A DNA stretch of 64,000 nt, taken from positions 2,567,739 to 2,631,738 of the forward strand of contig CAXIEN010000093.1 of NCBI GenBank assembly GCA_964023285.1, given 5' to 3'. Origin of the DNA: Larinioides sclopetarius. Taxonomy: Eukaryota. The notes under the pieces are model-generated. The model did not search any database. It had not been told where the DNA came from and worked only from the letters and a program-made list of their open reading frames with translations. Shown one piece after another: positions 25,681 to 38,899 of this stretch. The number at the start of each line of letters is the position of its first letter. Positions within the stretch are counted from its first letter, which is position 1. The position numbers were made by a program, and so were the translations under genes.

Positions 25681-28600
25681 ATTTCTGTTCTTTCAATTGA
25701 TTAATGCTGCTTTGCGCTTTTTGTTTTGAAAGAAATTTAATGTAAAGTTTTTTTTAAAGTTTTTAGTTTCTTGAGAATCGAATAATTAATATTTTTAAAA
25801 CTTAATTATCTGTTAATCGATTCATTTCATTAAATCTTGTTTCCATTCGAGACGAAACCTGGTAGAAGAATAAATACTAATTGAAATGATAAAATCTCTT
25901 TTTCAAGCACAGTTATAAAAGAATGTTTTTAAAAATATCTTTTATTACGTATGCGAAAGTATAAAAATTGAATGTGTACCATTTTATACATATTTAAGAA
26001 TCTGTATAAACTTATTTAGAAATCTATAAATATGAAGAAAACTTGAGAAATATTTTTCACACGCCCACGAAATTTAATCGGTTACTCTCCTAATTTGTCC
26101 ATCAACTTTCCTCTTCATATTAATTATGACAAAAATAAAAATTTTATGAACGCTAGTTATTTAAATTCCTGAATGTTAATTCATGGCGCCTAAGATTTGA
26201 ATATGATGCATGAAACAAAGATTGCTTAAAGAGATAGTTAAAAATTCCCATAAAGATGTCGTTCAAGTTGAGATGTTTAGAATACTCATCGCACGAGAGT
26301 CGAATGTTTAGTCAAGGTCATAAAATATTCAGATAATTTCTGTTTTACGTACTAATTTGGTGATTCGAAATTCTCTATCGTGGCATTGATGTTAATCTTG
26401 AAAGTCAAAAATGTCTGCATTTTCAATTGGTTATTGATTACTCCACATTTTGTTCCTTATTCATATAGGGGAGGGGAAAGTGAGAAGATGATCACATTTT
26501 AAGGCGTCAAGTGTACGCTGCATATATTCAAGCACCAGCCGAATTCAATGTCAGTGTGCTTATTCTAAAATCATTTTTCCGACAACAAAAGTTCGCAAAT
26601 GTCTGATGTTGTTTAACTTCCCAGAACAGTTCGAATACAAGGAAAAAACCCTTTCATGTTTGAAGAAAAAGATGGCATGATGCACCATGTACCAAATCTA
26701 AATGCTCAATGCTCTATAAGTAATTTAATTAAAACAGAAACTCATAAAACAACAGCTTTATTTTTTGATAATTCAAAATATTTGTTTGTGATAATCTGTA
26801 TTGTATTTTAGAAAATTATTGGCGTATCTTTTTTCGATGAGTAATTTCTAATAAAAAAATACACTTGAATGTGCATATATGAAGCAGATAAATTGCCGTC
26901 AGGGCGACATGAAAGATAAACCATAACCAAATAATCCTGAACAAGAAAAAGTGAAGGAAAACAAACCAAGATAACGAAGGCCACTGTCGGGCGAGAGGGA
27001 GAAAAAAAACAGGAGGATCTCTCTTAGTTGTGGTCATGAGCCAAACCTGGGTTACAGCGAAACCAGCTCGAGCCACCACCAAACTCAATAGTAGGAAGTT
27101 ATGGCTTTCCCCTTCCGATACTTCGTTTAGCTGCTGTGCAGTGTCAAGACTGTTTTCTGAGCAGCCCCAACCTATGTATCTCCTACTTATTGAATCATTT
27201 TTTTTACTTTCTTCATTAATATTATTTTTATTATTTTTGTTGTTCATCAAATTCTTCAATGTGAAAAAACAAACAAGTATCATCAAAAACCTAGAAAACA
27301 AAATTTTAAAATAGTTGCAGGAAGAATAGTAGTGGCGACACTAGCTATAAAGCCAAAACTGTGAACTTACATTTTTTATGAGTTTTTATGGAGAACCAAG
27401 CTGCTTGAAAAAAGAAAATTACTTCTATTTAATTGGGAAACTGTCTGCTCATTTTTGAGCTGACGAAACATCAATAATTATAGTCTTCTCTGCAAAAGAT
27501 CAATATTTTGCGCTAATCAAGAAAATTCTGACGAAATGATAGAACCCTTTAAGTTCATCAGCAATTTCTTAAGCTGGCAAGCTATCTATTATCATTAGCA
27601 ATTACTAAGATACTTTTGGACAATAGCAGAAATTCTCAACGTTAAGAGCACAGATTTCTTGGGGGGGTGATAATACTCAGTGGAAAGTGTGGGTATTGGG
27701 GAGGAGCTGACATATCAAAAAATAAGATGCTCATTTACACTGATATAATACACTTATAAATAGGATTGTATCAGTACTTCAAAATGTATTCAATAATTAC
27801 CGTATAAATACGAAAATTAAAACAAGCTTAATATATCCTATCCATTTCTTTTAGTGATCAACTAAATCATCTTAGGAACTAGAGGAGCGAAAGTCAACAT
27901 CTAATACCAAAAATAATATAAAATTTTGTTAAATTATAAGAAGGATCTTGGTTAAATAAAGATTTTTACAATATGTACAACTTTAAATGCACAAGGTAGA
28001 TAAACGACGAGAGTTCGAATATGGGGTGATAATTGAGACAGCCTCTGCAATTATCGATATCAAAGTCTCTTAAGGATGAAATAAAGTTCATAAGAACGAG
28101 AGCTACTCTCTCAAGAATAATGATTTTAAAAAACGTATAGCTTCTTAATAATGCCATTCAGAATAGGCTCCACCACTGGTCGTCACACGATAAGACTTGG
28201 GTTCTAAATAGGCCCGAAGACCTATCGTTCGCAGCAAATGATCCGACAATCGAAATTGATCAAGACTGACCCACAAAAAACCGAGACTTCTGTCTCTCAC
28301 GCTTTCTAATGGCTAGTATTCTTCTATTTAGCTCTGCGCTGCCTCTTAAATATTTTGACTTCTCCTGCAATCGTTCCACCCCAACTCGTGACAATTGGCC
28401 ACGAGTCTGAAGATGTTATGACATCTCTCCGGCGTGGAGAAGCAATGCTAACCTTCAACTTGATGGATGGCTGATAACTCGGACCCTTACTCCAATCTGA
28501 GAGATCAACCATCTGCCTTCTTTGATCAGGAACGCAAACAAAGATATTGCGTGGACTGTCTCTCTCTCTCTCGGTCCAGGAGGCAGACTAGCAAGTGGAG

Positions 28601-28724
28601 AGTGAAGAAAGCTTTTTGTGGTAAGGGGTCACTCCCTATCTGTTTTTCAAATAGGACACTATACCAATGTTCACCTATTACACCTGCTATAGCGCTGAAT
28701 AGAACATTTCCGATCGATAATAAG

Positions 28725-28972
28725 GGAGAGCAATATATAAGATATAATAAGAGAGAGAGAGAGCAATATATAAGATATAATAAGAGAGAGAGAGCAATAT
28801 ATAAGATATAATAAGAGAGAGAGAGAGCAATATATAAGATATAATAAGAGAGAGAGAGAGAGAGCAATATATAAGATATAATAAGAGAGAGAGAGAGAGA
28901 GAGAGAGCAATATATAAGATATAATAAGAGAGAGAGAACAATATATAAGATATAATAAGAGAGAGCAATTCG
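28725..28972. repeat. Minisatellite: a 31-41-bp unit ('agcaatatataagatataataagag' followed by a variable (GA)n), about 7 copies
   Basis: Direct read. Track ORFs 28526-28983 carry repeated SLSYYILYIAL peptides, which are repeat artifacts. Confidence 0.9.
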
Positions 28973-31900
28973 AATTTTGTCAATGTAGGTGTTGAAAATA
29001 TATTTACTTATTCTTGGTAATTTTTAAGGTTTGTAATTAAGGTCGTAGTGTAGATTTAACGTCAAAATAAACATAATTATTGCATACATTGTTGTTGTAT
29101 GAAGGGTAGGCGATGAAAATTTTGGTTGAAAGTTGGGTCGCAAATACTAAAAGATTGAGAAACACTGATTTATGGCTATTTCTGTTTAATTAACAATATC
29201 CTTTAATTAACTATATCGTTTAATCAACTATAAAATCCACTATTTACGGCTTCAAGTATACGTATCGAAAAATGTTCTTTCAACGAATTAAAAGAGAGAG
29301 TTAACTAACAACTCACATCAGTTTAAAATAATAATGGAAAAAATAGTCATTAAACAGCGCCACCAAGAAATAAATAAAAAAGTCAGTGATTAAATTTCAA
29401 TCATTCAAACTGATAAAATAAACTTATTTGATGACAAGTGCCTCAACTTCAATTTCGAGTACAGCTAAAAAGATTAAAGGAAAAAAGTAGAGCATATCGT
29501 ATGAGCGATGTTATAAATTTTTATTTCCGAAATTATTATAGATAACAAAAAAATGGGTATTCATTATCCCTTGACTTCATTAATTAAGTTCTATTTACTC
29601 TGTTACTTGATTTGCTATTTATCTTTCGAGTAACAAGCAAATCTTTTTTACTCAAGACTTGGAAAGCGTCAACACTGTCTGAATAGCGTTCCTCAATCTG
29701 AAAGAGTTTTTGATGTTTCACTTGGAGAGAGGGGTCACGCGATAATCACATTTCCTTACATTCAGAATGTGCTTTTTCAATTTATTCTGGGTTTCTCTTG
29801 GATGTTTAGTCGCGTAGAAATGGTAATTACTGAAATAAAAACAGCCTTACAAATCTTTCAAGTGTTTAAATAAGAACTGACGTTAATCTCATTGTCGCTG
29901 TATTGTGCCAAAGTCGTAATGGCCTTATCTCATTCAGATAAGGTTTATCTATTATGAAATGGCTCCATAGCAGTTTCAATTTATTTTAGCACTATTCATT
30001 GAAAAGTGCCATAAATGGCTTTATTTAATATTAAGACACGAGTTTAGTCGATAATTTTTAGATGTTTTTATTTAATTTATTGTGTTTGATGTTTGTAAAG
30101 ATGGAAGTTTGTACTCGATTTTTTTTCACTCATTTTTCTTAGTGTGTCTGAGCTTTTATTATTTTGATATTTTCAGATCTTAATTATTAGTTAATCGATT
30201 AATTTAATTAAATTCATTACCAGGCGCCATCTGGTGATGATTTTTTTGTTTGCATAATGTATTTAATGAATTATTAACTAAACACTAAAGAGCTGAAAAT
30301 AATTAAAGTTAAAAATATGTTTTTAGTATAAAATAGTTTGTTTTTAAAAACTGTTTTTATCCAACTGATTTTCCACGCTTCTCATAGTAAAATAGATTAA
30401 ATGATTTTATTTCAGCTATTGTTTAGATTCTGCTCGTAATCTCTAGTATAGAACATATTTTTTATTGTAGAAGGAATTAAAAAACGGTGCATCGGCTTAG
30501 ATTTCTAAAGAATTCCCATTAAGTTCGTTGCTTTTCTAAATAAACTGATAGGAACAAAAAATGTTAAAATGAAAAAAAAAAATAAAGTTGATCATTACCA
30601 TTTTTTATGAGGTAGAGTGAACTTTATAAACAAATTGTTTCACAATGAAGAATACTGGAGTGTGAATACTTGAGTTGGGGGGGAAAATTCTTCATAAATT
30701 CAATTCAACAGGATTATTTTTTAAAAATACCTCTGCCATGAAGAATAAAAAATATGTTTAGATCTATACAGCGTGACCGCAAATGAAAATCTCGTTAGTT
30801 GATACAAGTCATGTGGCTGACTGAATGGACCACCATGAATGACAATGCTGGTATTAAGAACACTACAAAAAGACGACGTTACATTCGTTCATGCGCCAAA
30901 CCCTCAAAAGGAGGTACATCCCGTCATTAAAAATAGGATCGTTATCCAGCATCTGCATCATTAATGTGCTCCTTCCAAACCGTAAACTGGCTTCTTTACA
31001 CGGACAATTCTCAATCTCATATTTAAGCCCTCCCTTATATCATAAAGCCTTTGCCCTTTTTGAGTTTATTATGCAGTAATACCAATGATTTACAATTTCC
31101 GTTGAAATAATAAAATAGGCTGTAATATATAATAATTATTGCCGAACAATAATCTTTAAAATTCTGCTCATCAAGCTTTTTGGCAAGCTGAGGAAATGTA
31201 AACTCTTTTTGCTTTATTGAAGTAAAGCTTTTATTTGGTTTTAAGTTGTACTAACATAAATTACAGAATTCCAATTTAGAAGTTAGTTTGTGCAACCACC
31301 GTTTATCGCTTATAAGAAACACGGATAACAGTTTGTTTTCGTGTTTTGACTAATGAAATGCGGTATGATTATAATGAAAATTAAAAAGAGCGAGCTTCGG
31401 CAATTTAAAAAAAATCGAATGTGATATCATTAGCTTTGACCAACACCAGCAGATGAAACATATTAGACAAAAGAATCGTGCTTTGAGAAATCGCTGCTCC
31501 TAAAATATTTGGAAATAGAGATTTTTTATTGTTAACCTCCAAACAGTTATTAAACTATTTGATGGAGGATATTTTTTAAAGTTTTATTGTAAAACTTCCT
31601 TAGATTCGCCTAGGGATTTTTTTGTTTGTGCTTTTGATTCTTTTTCTTAGAAACATCTAGTTAATTATGCTTAAATGTTAAGTTTTGTGTCAATGAGAAT
31701 TTTGGCAAATGAAATAAGAAAATTCAAATGGAATTTTTTTTGCTACAATTTTTATTGAACACTCCAGAATTATCCCAAAAATATAGGAAAAATTTAATTA
31801 TAAAGGGATTTGGTGGAGGAAACCCATATCTAGAGTAGCTGCAATTTGCAAAGTGATATGAGAAAGTTGTCCAATTAAAGTTTTTCTAAGCAAAAAATAT

Positions 31901-32099
31901 TTTCTCATTCTTGCCCTTTCTGGGGAGAAGTTTTTCTACAAGAAATGTTGTCTTTTTCGCTCCTGAAGTCTAATCAAATGTTCTCAATCCAGGAATCTAA
32001 GGCAGAAATCTATAGCAGCTTTACTTTGAAATTACAGTTGCTTTCATAGAAATTTTTTAGAAATGCCAATAAAAACCTTAAGACATGAGCAAATTCATC

Positions 32100-32990
32100 T
32101 CATTTTACGGTACTTTGTAGAAACTAGTATGATAAGGCCATGACAAATCTTTCTTCTATATAATTATATAAATGAGATGCATCAGAGTCTATAGATATAA
32201 CGCTTATTTTTATCCAAAACATGAAACGTGTTAATAAACTGCATCAAACTTTTTCTTATATTTTTAAGCAATGTTGAAGCTATGCTTTATCACATAGACA
32301 GAGAAATGCTTATAACAAAATTTTTTAAAACGCATAGCATTGCCTCCCGTTAAGGTACATGCATGCAACCTGAATCAAACTAATTTCATATAGAATACAT
32401 ATTATATATTAAGTTATGCAATTTTAAGGCATAGAAGCCAAGATATACTAATCACAAAAATTACGAAATTTCACAAAATTTATAAAAAAGCAGAATAGAA
32501 ATTTTTTGCAAAAATTTGGGAAAAACAAAACAAAATAACAGCGCCATATGTCAAATGATCTACACCAAAATCTAATCAGTTTTATTATATGTTAAGATGC
32601 TTTTAAATATAACATTTTATGAAATTCTGTTAATTAGATTTTATTCTAGAGCGGATACAAAATTTCTCAAAAATCATGTAATAAAAGGAATAACAGCACC
32701 ACCTGCTGAACGACTGCACCAAAAACTAATCAACACCAAATTATATTAAGATGCATTTAAATATAAATTTTTATGAAATTATGTCCAGTACTTTTTGTGC
32801 TAGCGCGGCCACAAAATTTGTGTCACAGACAGACAAACATTTCCCAAAAATAGTCAAATCGTTTTCAGGACCTCCTAAAACTTGTAAAATCATCAACAAA
32901 TGGAAATCGAAAATTTTAACGATTACAATACTTACATGCATATAGAAGAAAGTAAAAAGGGATTTTTTTTCAGGAAGGTCTAAGAAAACA
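32100..32990 (+). mobile_element. Dispersed repeat family 'R', longest copy (about 890 bp), with an internal duplication of about 125 bp
   Basis: Shares 'ggccat(c/g)acaaa(a/t)ctttcttctatataatta' at the left end and '..acatgcatatagaagaaagta' at the right end with the copy at 50263-50812. The internal duplicated blocks begin 'aacagcgccatatgtcaaatgatctacaccaaaatctaatcag..' and 'aacagcaccacctgctgaacgactgcaccaaaaactaatcaac..'. Confidence 0.8.
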
Positions 32991-33571
32991 ATTTTTTATT
33001 GGGATAGTTTTTATTCAGTTTTAATTTTACGCAAAGAAATTATGCAGGCTTATACATTTTTAAGAGTTTGATTTTCATGCAGTTTTTGTTAAGTCTCAAA
33101 AATAACGAAAAGGCGAGACGAAACAAGTAAATCAGATATAACGCAACCAGACGAATACAAACGCTGCTCTCTAATTTCGTTACAAATGAGTCACCTGGAA
33201 GTGGCACATGAATAGAATGCATAATATATGTGCATAGAATTTATAGCAATTCGTTTAGAAAGTATTCACGCACATAGAATTTATAGTAATTCACTTGCAG
33301 AACATTCATAGCAATATCAAACAGTTGCAACATTGTAAGTATTTGTGATATAAACTGTAACGTGGATTTCTGCCTTTTTTTTACCTTCAGAAATTTTATT
33401 TTTATAAATGTCTAATTTTTTTCTTCTGTATTATTGTTGACTCTTGGCTTTATTACAATAAAAAGTTTTTTGGAAGATATATGGATTCATTAAATGTTAT
33501 CATCGACTTGCATATCGCAGGGAATATATAATTGTACAGTCCTCAACAAAATAGATGGGGAAACCTCTGTA

Positions 33572-33967
33572 TCTCGGGTTTTTATTATTAGATCTTCACA
33601 AAACTTGTGTTGATGTTAATAGCTCTAGGGGGCAATTTTTTCAGATAAAAATACTGATTAACCTATTAAATTAACAAATTTAATTAACAGATATCTCGGA
33701 ATTTTCTCATTACCCTTATCATTATTTTTAGCTGAATCGAATTTTCTACAAGAGATTAGCCTTCATAAAAAATTCTATACAGTTTTGATAATAATTTCGA
33801 GAGTTACGGGGTTTTGAAAAATGGCCTTTCCCATACTAAATGAATTTAAAAAAACTTCTGACGATATCTCGAAAAATATTATATAATTCTCAAAACTTTT
33901 TTCACTAACATAAAGAACACTAGTTTTTTAAATTTTTACTTCAAAAAATAAATTCAAAAGTTAAATA
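33572..33967. repeat. Left arm of a large palindrome that flanks the Tc1-like element
   Basis: Segment 33572-33830 is the reverse complement of 35490-35745 (for example 'gaattttctcattacccttatcattatttttagctgaatcgaattttctacaag' against the reverse complement of 35530-35640). The inner portions are more diverged. Confidence 0.75.
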
Positions 33968-35040
33968 TACACTGAAGAGCCAAAAAAACTGGTACACCTG
34001 CCTAATATCGTGTGGGGCCCCCCACGAGCACGCAGAAATGTCGTAACACGACGTGGCATGGATTCGATTAATGGCTGAAGTAGTGCTGGAGGTAATTGAC
34101 AGCATGAATCCTGCAGGGCTGTCCATAAATCAGTAGGAGTAAGAGGGGGTGGAGATCTTTTCTGAACAGCACGTTGCAAGGCATCCCAGATATGTTGAAT
34201 AATGTTCATGTCTGGGGATTTTGTTGGCCAGCGGAAGTGTCTAAATTCAGAAGAGTGCTCCAGGAGCCACTCTGTAGCAATTCTGGACGTGTGGGGTGTC
34301 TCATTGTCCTGCTGAAATTCCCCAAGTCCGTAGGAATGCACAATGGACATGAATGGGTGCAGGTGATCAGACAAGATGCTTACGTACCTGTCACCTGTCA
34401 GAGTCATATCTAGACGAATCAGAGGTCCCATATCACGCCAACTGCACACGCCCCATACCATCACAGAGCCTCCACCAGCTTGAACAGTCCCCTGTTGACA
34501 TGTAGGGTTCATGGATTCATGAGGTTGTCTCCATACCCGTACACATCCATGAGCTTGATTCAGTTGGAACCGAGACTCGTCAGACTAGGCAACGTGTTTC
34601 CAGTCATCAACAGTCCATTGTCGTTGTTGACGGGCCCAGACGAGGCACAAAGCTTTGTGTCGTGCAGTTAACAAGGGTACACGACTGGGCCTTCGGCTCA
34701 GAAAGCCCATATCGATGATGTTTCGTTGAATGGTTTACGTTTACAAGGCGACACTTGTTGATGGCCCAGCATTAAAATCTGCAGCAATTTGCTGAAGGGT
34801 TGCACGCTTAATGAATCTCGTCAGTCGTCGTTGGTCCCGTTCTTGCAGGATCTTTTTCCGGCCGCAGCGATGTCGTAGATTTGATGTTTTACCGGATTCC
34901 CGATATTCACGGCACACTCATGAAATGGTCATACGTGAAAATCCCAATTTCATCGCTACCTCGGAGATGCTATGTCCCATCTCTCGTGCGCCGACTATAA
35001 CACCACGTTCAAACTTGCTTAAATCTTGATAACCTGCCAT
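33961..35040 (-). pseudogene. Tc1-like transposase, near full length but interrupted by a stop after the HTH region, one in-frame TAG and at least one frameshift
   Basis: Minus-strand translation gives the N-terminal HTH 'MAGYQDLSKFERGVIVGAREMGHSISEVAMKLGFSRMTIS*'. The middle reads '..VPLLTARHKALCLVWARQQRQWTVDDWKHVA*SDESRFQL..'. The C-terminal catalytic domain reads 'GGGSVMVWG..FQQDNETPHTS..WPTKSPDMNIIQHIWDAL'. The position of the third catalytic acidic residue reads Q (IIQHIW) rather than the E of PIENLW. Confidence 0.85.
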
Positions 35041-35187
35041 TGTAGCAGCAGTAACCGATCTAACAACTGTACCAGACACTCGTTGTGTTATATAGGCGTT
35101 GCCGACCACAGCGCCCAACTCTGATTGGTTCCATATCACTTTATCTGCATACGCCTGCCTGTTCCAGTTTTTTTTGGCTCTTCAGTG
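33970..35187 (-). mobile_element. Tc1/mariner-superfamily DNA transposon (Tc1-like), about 1.2 kb, with TA target duplications and 25-30-bp TIRs
   Basis: Termini are 'TA|CACTGAAGAGCCAAAAAAACTGG..' at 33968 and '..CCAGTTTTTTTTGGCTCTTCAGTG|TA' at 35187. They resemble the Caenorhabditis Tc1 TIR (CAGTGCTGGCCAAAAAG..). The transposase reading frames lie inside. Confidence 0.9.
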
Positions 35188-35189
35188 TA

Positions 35190-35745
35190 CTTAAAAGTTT
35201 AAAAAGATGACTGTGAAAAAAAAGTGAATTGTAACATAGTAAAATTTTTTACAAAAGAACAAAGATGAGACGTTATAATGGCTATATACAAAAGATCGAA
35301 TGCACATATATATAATAGTTTCCTAATTATTTACAATAAACTGTAAATTTTTCCACCTTTGAATTGCAACACCCACTTTTTGAGAACTGTATATTATATA
35401 TTTATTTAAATTTATTGGTCTATTTTTCGTGTAACACGATTTTTACAAAAAGAAGAACGATAAATATAATATATATTTCCTAAAAAAAAGGATTTTTCAG
35501 TTTTGTTACCTGCCATTTTTCAAAACCCTAAAATTCTCAAAATTATTATCAATCACTATAAAAATTTATGTAGAGGCTAATTTCATAAAGGGCATTTGAT
35601 TCAGCTAAAAATGATTGGTGTAATGAGAAAATTCTTATATAGCTGTTAATTAACTATGTTAGTTAATGCGGTTAATCAGTTTTTTTTATTTGAATAAACC
35701 TGCCCTCTCGAGCCATTAACATGAATACTAGTTTTGTGAAGATCC
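35190..35745. repeat. Right arm of the palindrome that flanks the Tc1-like element
   Basis: Reverse-complement match to 33572-33967 (see the left arm). Confidence 0.75.
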
Positions 35746-36229
35746 GAATACCGGAATTACAGAGTTTTCCAGGTATCTGATCTATTTTATTAAGGACTGT
35801 ACGCTGCTGTGTCCTGAGAAGCCTTGACTTCTTTTTAAAGCCTCTTCGGGGTATATAGGTTTTATAAGCACTAGAACCCGGATAATTTTGAATGCAATTG
35901 GTAGTTTTTTTTACTAGGAAGTCGGGTTATGGGTAGTTGCTGTTGTTGGCAGTTCAAAGTATTGAGCAAAAATCAGCGTGAAATAGGAATGAGGGGTATT
36001 AGGGGGATTTGGTATTTAATTCGAAGTAGGATTTTGTTGCCTAAAAAAGGCGGAACATCAAGTATAAAACATTTGTTGGTGGGAGGATGGGCACAACTCG
36101 CTGTACAGCTAACTCCTTAAGGTCAGTTTAAAATTTCCTAATAACATATCTCACATTTTAAACTAATTTATAACACACAAATCATCTACGGTCAAATATA
36201 GTATTTCAACTTTTTGACAAAATTTGCTA

Positions 36230-36690
36230 GAAATAGAATTTTGCTGAAATTTTTACGCATTTGCCGTAAATGAAATAATTTATTAATAGGCGCTTCAAAA
36301 TTTTTATGTGAACTTAGTGCTATCAATAGCACCTTTTCTGTACTATCCATAATCGAAAATAGAAAGAAAATTACAAATTTTGTTAAAAACTTAAAAAAAA
36401 ACAGATTTGTCCTGAATTTTCTATGCATTTGCAACAAACGAAAGAATTAGCCAACACATTTCAAATTTTTTTATGTGAACTTGGTGCCAACATCACCGTA
36501 AATGGAGAAATTTTTTTTATAAATTTTGTTAAAAACATCAAAAACCAGCATTTGGCCGAAATTTCGACACATTTGAAACAAATGAGAAACTGTGTGTTTT
36601 ACAACCTTCAAATTTCTTATTTACACTTTGTGCCACCAATCCCACCTTTTCCACAACACCCATAATCGAAAATAGAAAAAAAAGTTTTCC
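36230..36690. repeat. Degenerate tandem repeat, about 150-bp unit in about 3 copies
   Basis: '..ttgctgaaatttttacgcatttgccgtaaatgaaa..tttttatgtgaacttagtgc..ccataatcgaaaatagaaa' recurs with variation in three successive blocks. Confidence 0.7.
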
Positions 36691-36991
36691 GGCCCATCCT
36701 ATTCTATAGTCGCCATTTGTACAACTTAAACCTATTAATATGATAAATGTATTAGAAATGAAGTATATGATGTGGTTAAAGAAAAAGAAATAAGATTTTA
36801 GAAAGCGTATCATAATTTAATTTTCTAAGAATTTAAACGCATTTAAAATAAAATATCTTCTTACCTGGACATTAGAACGATTTCTCCTCAAAAAGGAAAT
36901 CACTGCATGTCATGGGAGTTAGGCTAGGTGATCTTTTCAAATTCAGCCACGTGTACTGCACGTATATGATTTACAATTCAGTAGCACCATG

Positions 36992-37294
36992 CTATGGTTA
37001 ACCCTTTACGGACAACAATTTTTTTACCTAAGGAAAAAATTTTTTCCTTCCAAATCTCAATCAAGGGAGACCATAGGAAGCACACCTACCCATTTTTTAA
37101 ACTTTTTTGTCAAAATTGATAAAAATGTACCAATGTACCAAATTCGGTACATTGGGCACACTTGGTGGCAACACTTACTGCTGCCGGCAGATACGAATGT
37201 GCCGAAAACGTCACAATGGGCTACTGTGGAAAAACTCACTTAGCTACTGAAGCAAAATGATTCTGGAGTTATGTGCCGAATTCGGCACACCTGA
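36992..37294. mobile_element. piggyBac-like MITE (303 bp) flanked by TTAA on both sides
   Basis: Left junction TTAA|CCCTTTACGG.., right junction ..CGTTAAAGGG|TTAA. piggyBac-superfamily elements insert at TTAA and have TIRs beginning CCC. Internal palindromes 'gtaccaaattcggtac' and 'gtgccgaattcggcac'. Confidence 0.6.
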
Positions 37295-37392
37295 CGTTAA
37301 AGGGTTAAAAATGAAATTAATTGTACTATAGGGCTTACTTAAAAATTTACTGGCCGCCTTTTACTCATCTTACTTTAAAAATTCCTTGTATG

Positions 37393-37986
37393 TACAGTCG
37401 GCCACAAAATAACTTGAGCACCGGTACCCTTGCAGAAATTTACAAGATTCGAAAAACAAGAATAACGAAGCACTATCGATGCAAGTTCCTCCTCCAATAT
37501 TGGAGTATTCGTTATCTATACAATACAATCGTAATCGTAATTTATCCAAAGATGGTTCAAATTTGAAAGAAACGTCAATTATGGAATATTAAAAATAAAA
37601 CACCAATTATGGGGGGTATTTTTCAAATTAAAACTCCAATTATGGAATATTAAAATTAAAACACCAACTATGGATTATTTCAAATTAAAACTCCAACTAT
37701 GGACTATTTCAAATTAAAACACCAACTATGGAATATTTCAAATTAGTTTTAATTTGAAAAATACCCCCATAATTGGTGTTTTATTTTTAATATTCCATAA
37801 TTGGCGTTTCTTTCAAATTTGAACCATCTTTGGATAAATTACGATTACGATTGTATTGTATAGATAACGAATACTCCAATATTGGAGGAGGAACTTGCAT
37901 CGATAGTGCTTCGTTATTCTTGTTTTTCGAATCTTGTAAATTTCTGCAAGGGTACCGGTGCTCAAGTTATTTTGTGGCCGACTGTA
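37393..37986. mobile_element. Foldback element: near-identical inverted arms of about 250 bp around a roughly 100-bp core of 31-bp tandem units
   Basis: Arm 37393-37640 is the reverse complement of arm 37741-37986, with only 2 differences seen. The core carries repeated 'tatttcaaattaaaac(a/t)ccaactatgga'. Track ORFs 37321-37566(+) and 37813-38025(-) encode the identical 57-aa tail, a mirror artifact. Confidence 0.85.
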
Positions 37987-38899
37987 GATTGAAACAACAT
38001 TAGATAGCATCGAAAATCTTTTCATGCAGAGTAAATCATTATTATTTCAAATACGAGCTTTCTTAATAATCCACTTGTTAGAGATGTCTTAAATTCTTTC
38101 CTGGGGATCTGAGAAAATTAATTGTCCTTAAAAGCAAATGCAAACGAGATTCTTTCTCAAATCAATATATCACAAATTCTACATCTTCGACTCCACAAGC
38201 ATGTTGTGGTGAAAGGAGAAGGTATCCAACAGAAAACAGATTGTGATTAAAGTATTAAATCATTTAGTAAGACTTATTGTTTATAGGTGCTATTGAGAAT
38301 CTCGAAAAACCACATCTCCGGTCTCGAATTCCTTGTGATGATTTTCGATTTAATTTATGGAATAAGTTTGGAATAAATTATATAAGCCGCAATGAAAAGA
38401 GACACGAAATGGTTCCTTAAAGGGGCAGAATAGATTAATTTGTAAGCAAATGGAATAAGAAAGGTTTTGTTGAAAACGAAACTGGTTATCCAGCGACAGT
38501 CTCCATGAGAAAATGTTCGTGTCTTTGGATTAATCCGTTGATAAAGAAACATGGGAATTTAAAGGAATAATTAATATTGATGCGACCTTTAGGTATAAAA
38601 CACATTATAGTCTGTGTTTATAGATAAATGTATTGAAATGATTCAGTGTGAATTAAGTTCATGATTTGTAAAGCTACAGGGAATATTTATTCATTAGAAG
38701 TATTGGATTTTTAGAAAATATGAATTGCTATCCCCATTATATTATTTATACTATAGACCAAACAACGTATATCTTATAGGTTGGTAAGTAGACTTTATTT
38801 GGTTACTATTGACATGACATTAAAAAATTCATAAAATATATTGAGCATAGCGATAAGCCATTCATTTCAAGAACGCAGAGTGCCCAGGAATTTCTAGTG

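Noticed and set aside
25052-25729. ORF pairs sharing identical peptides on opposite strands (25052/25475 here, and likewise 37321/37813)
   Set aside because: These are mirror-image translations of the inverted arms of the foldback elements, not genes.
26816-27314. 161-aa minus-strand and 94-aa plus-strand ORFs in a GC-richer patch
   Set aside because: The peptides are low-complexity or hydrophobic and carry no recognisable motif. The overlap of ORFs on both strands suggests a composition effect. No splice or codon-usage support.
34174-35029. Plus-strand ORFs (79, 63 and 72 aa) inside the Tc1 element
   Set aside because: They are antisense to the clearly recognisable transposase frame. Treated as spurious.
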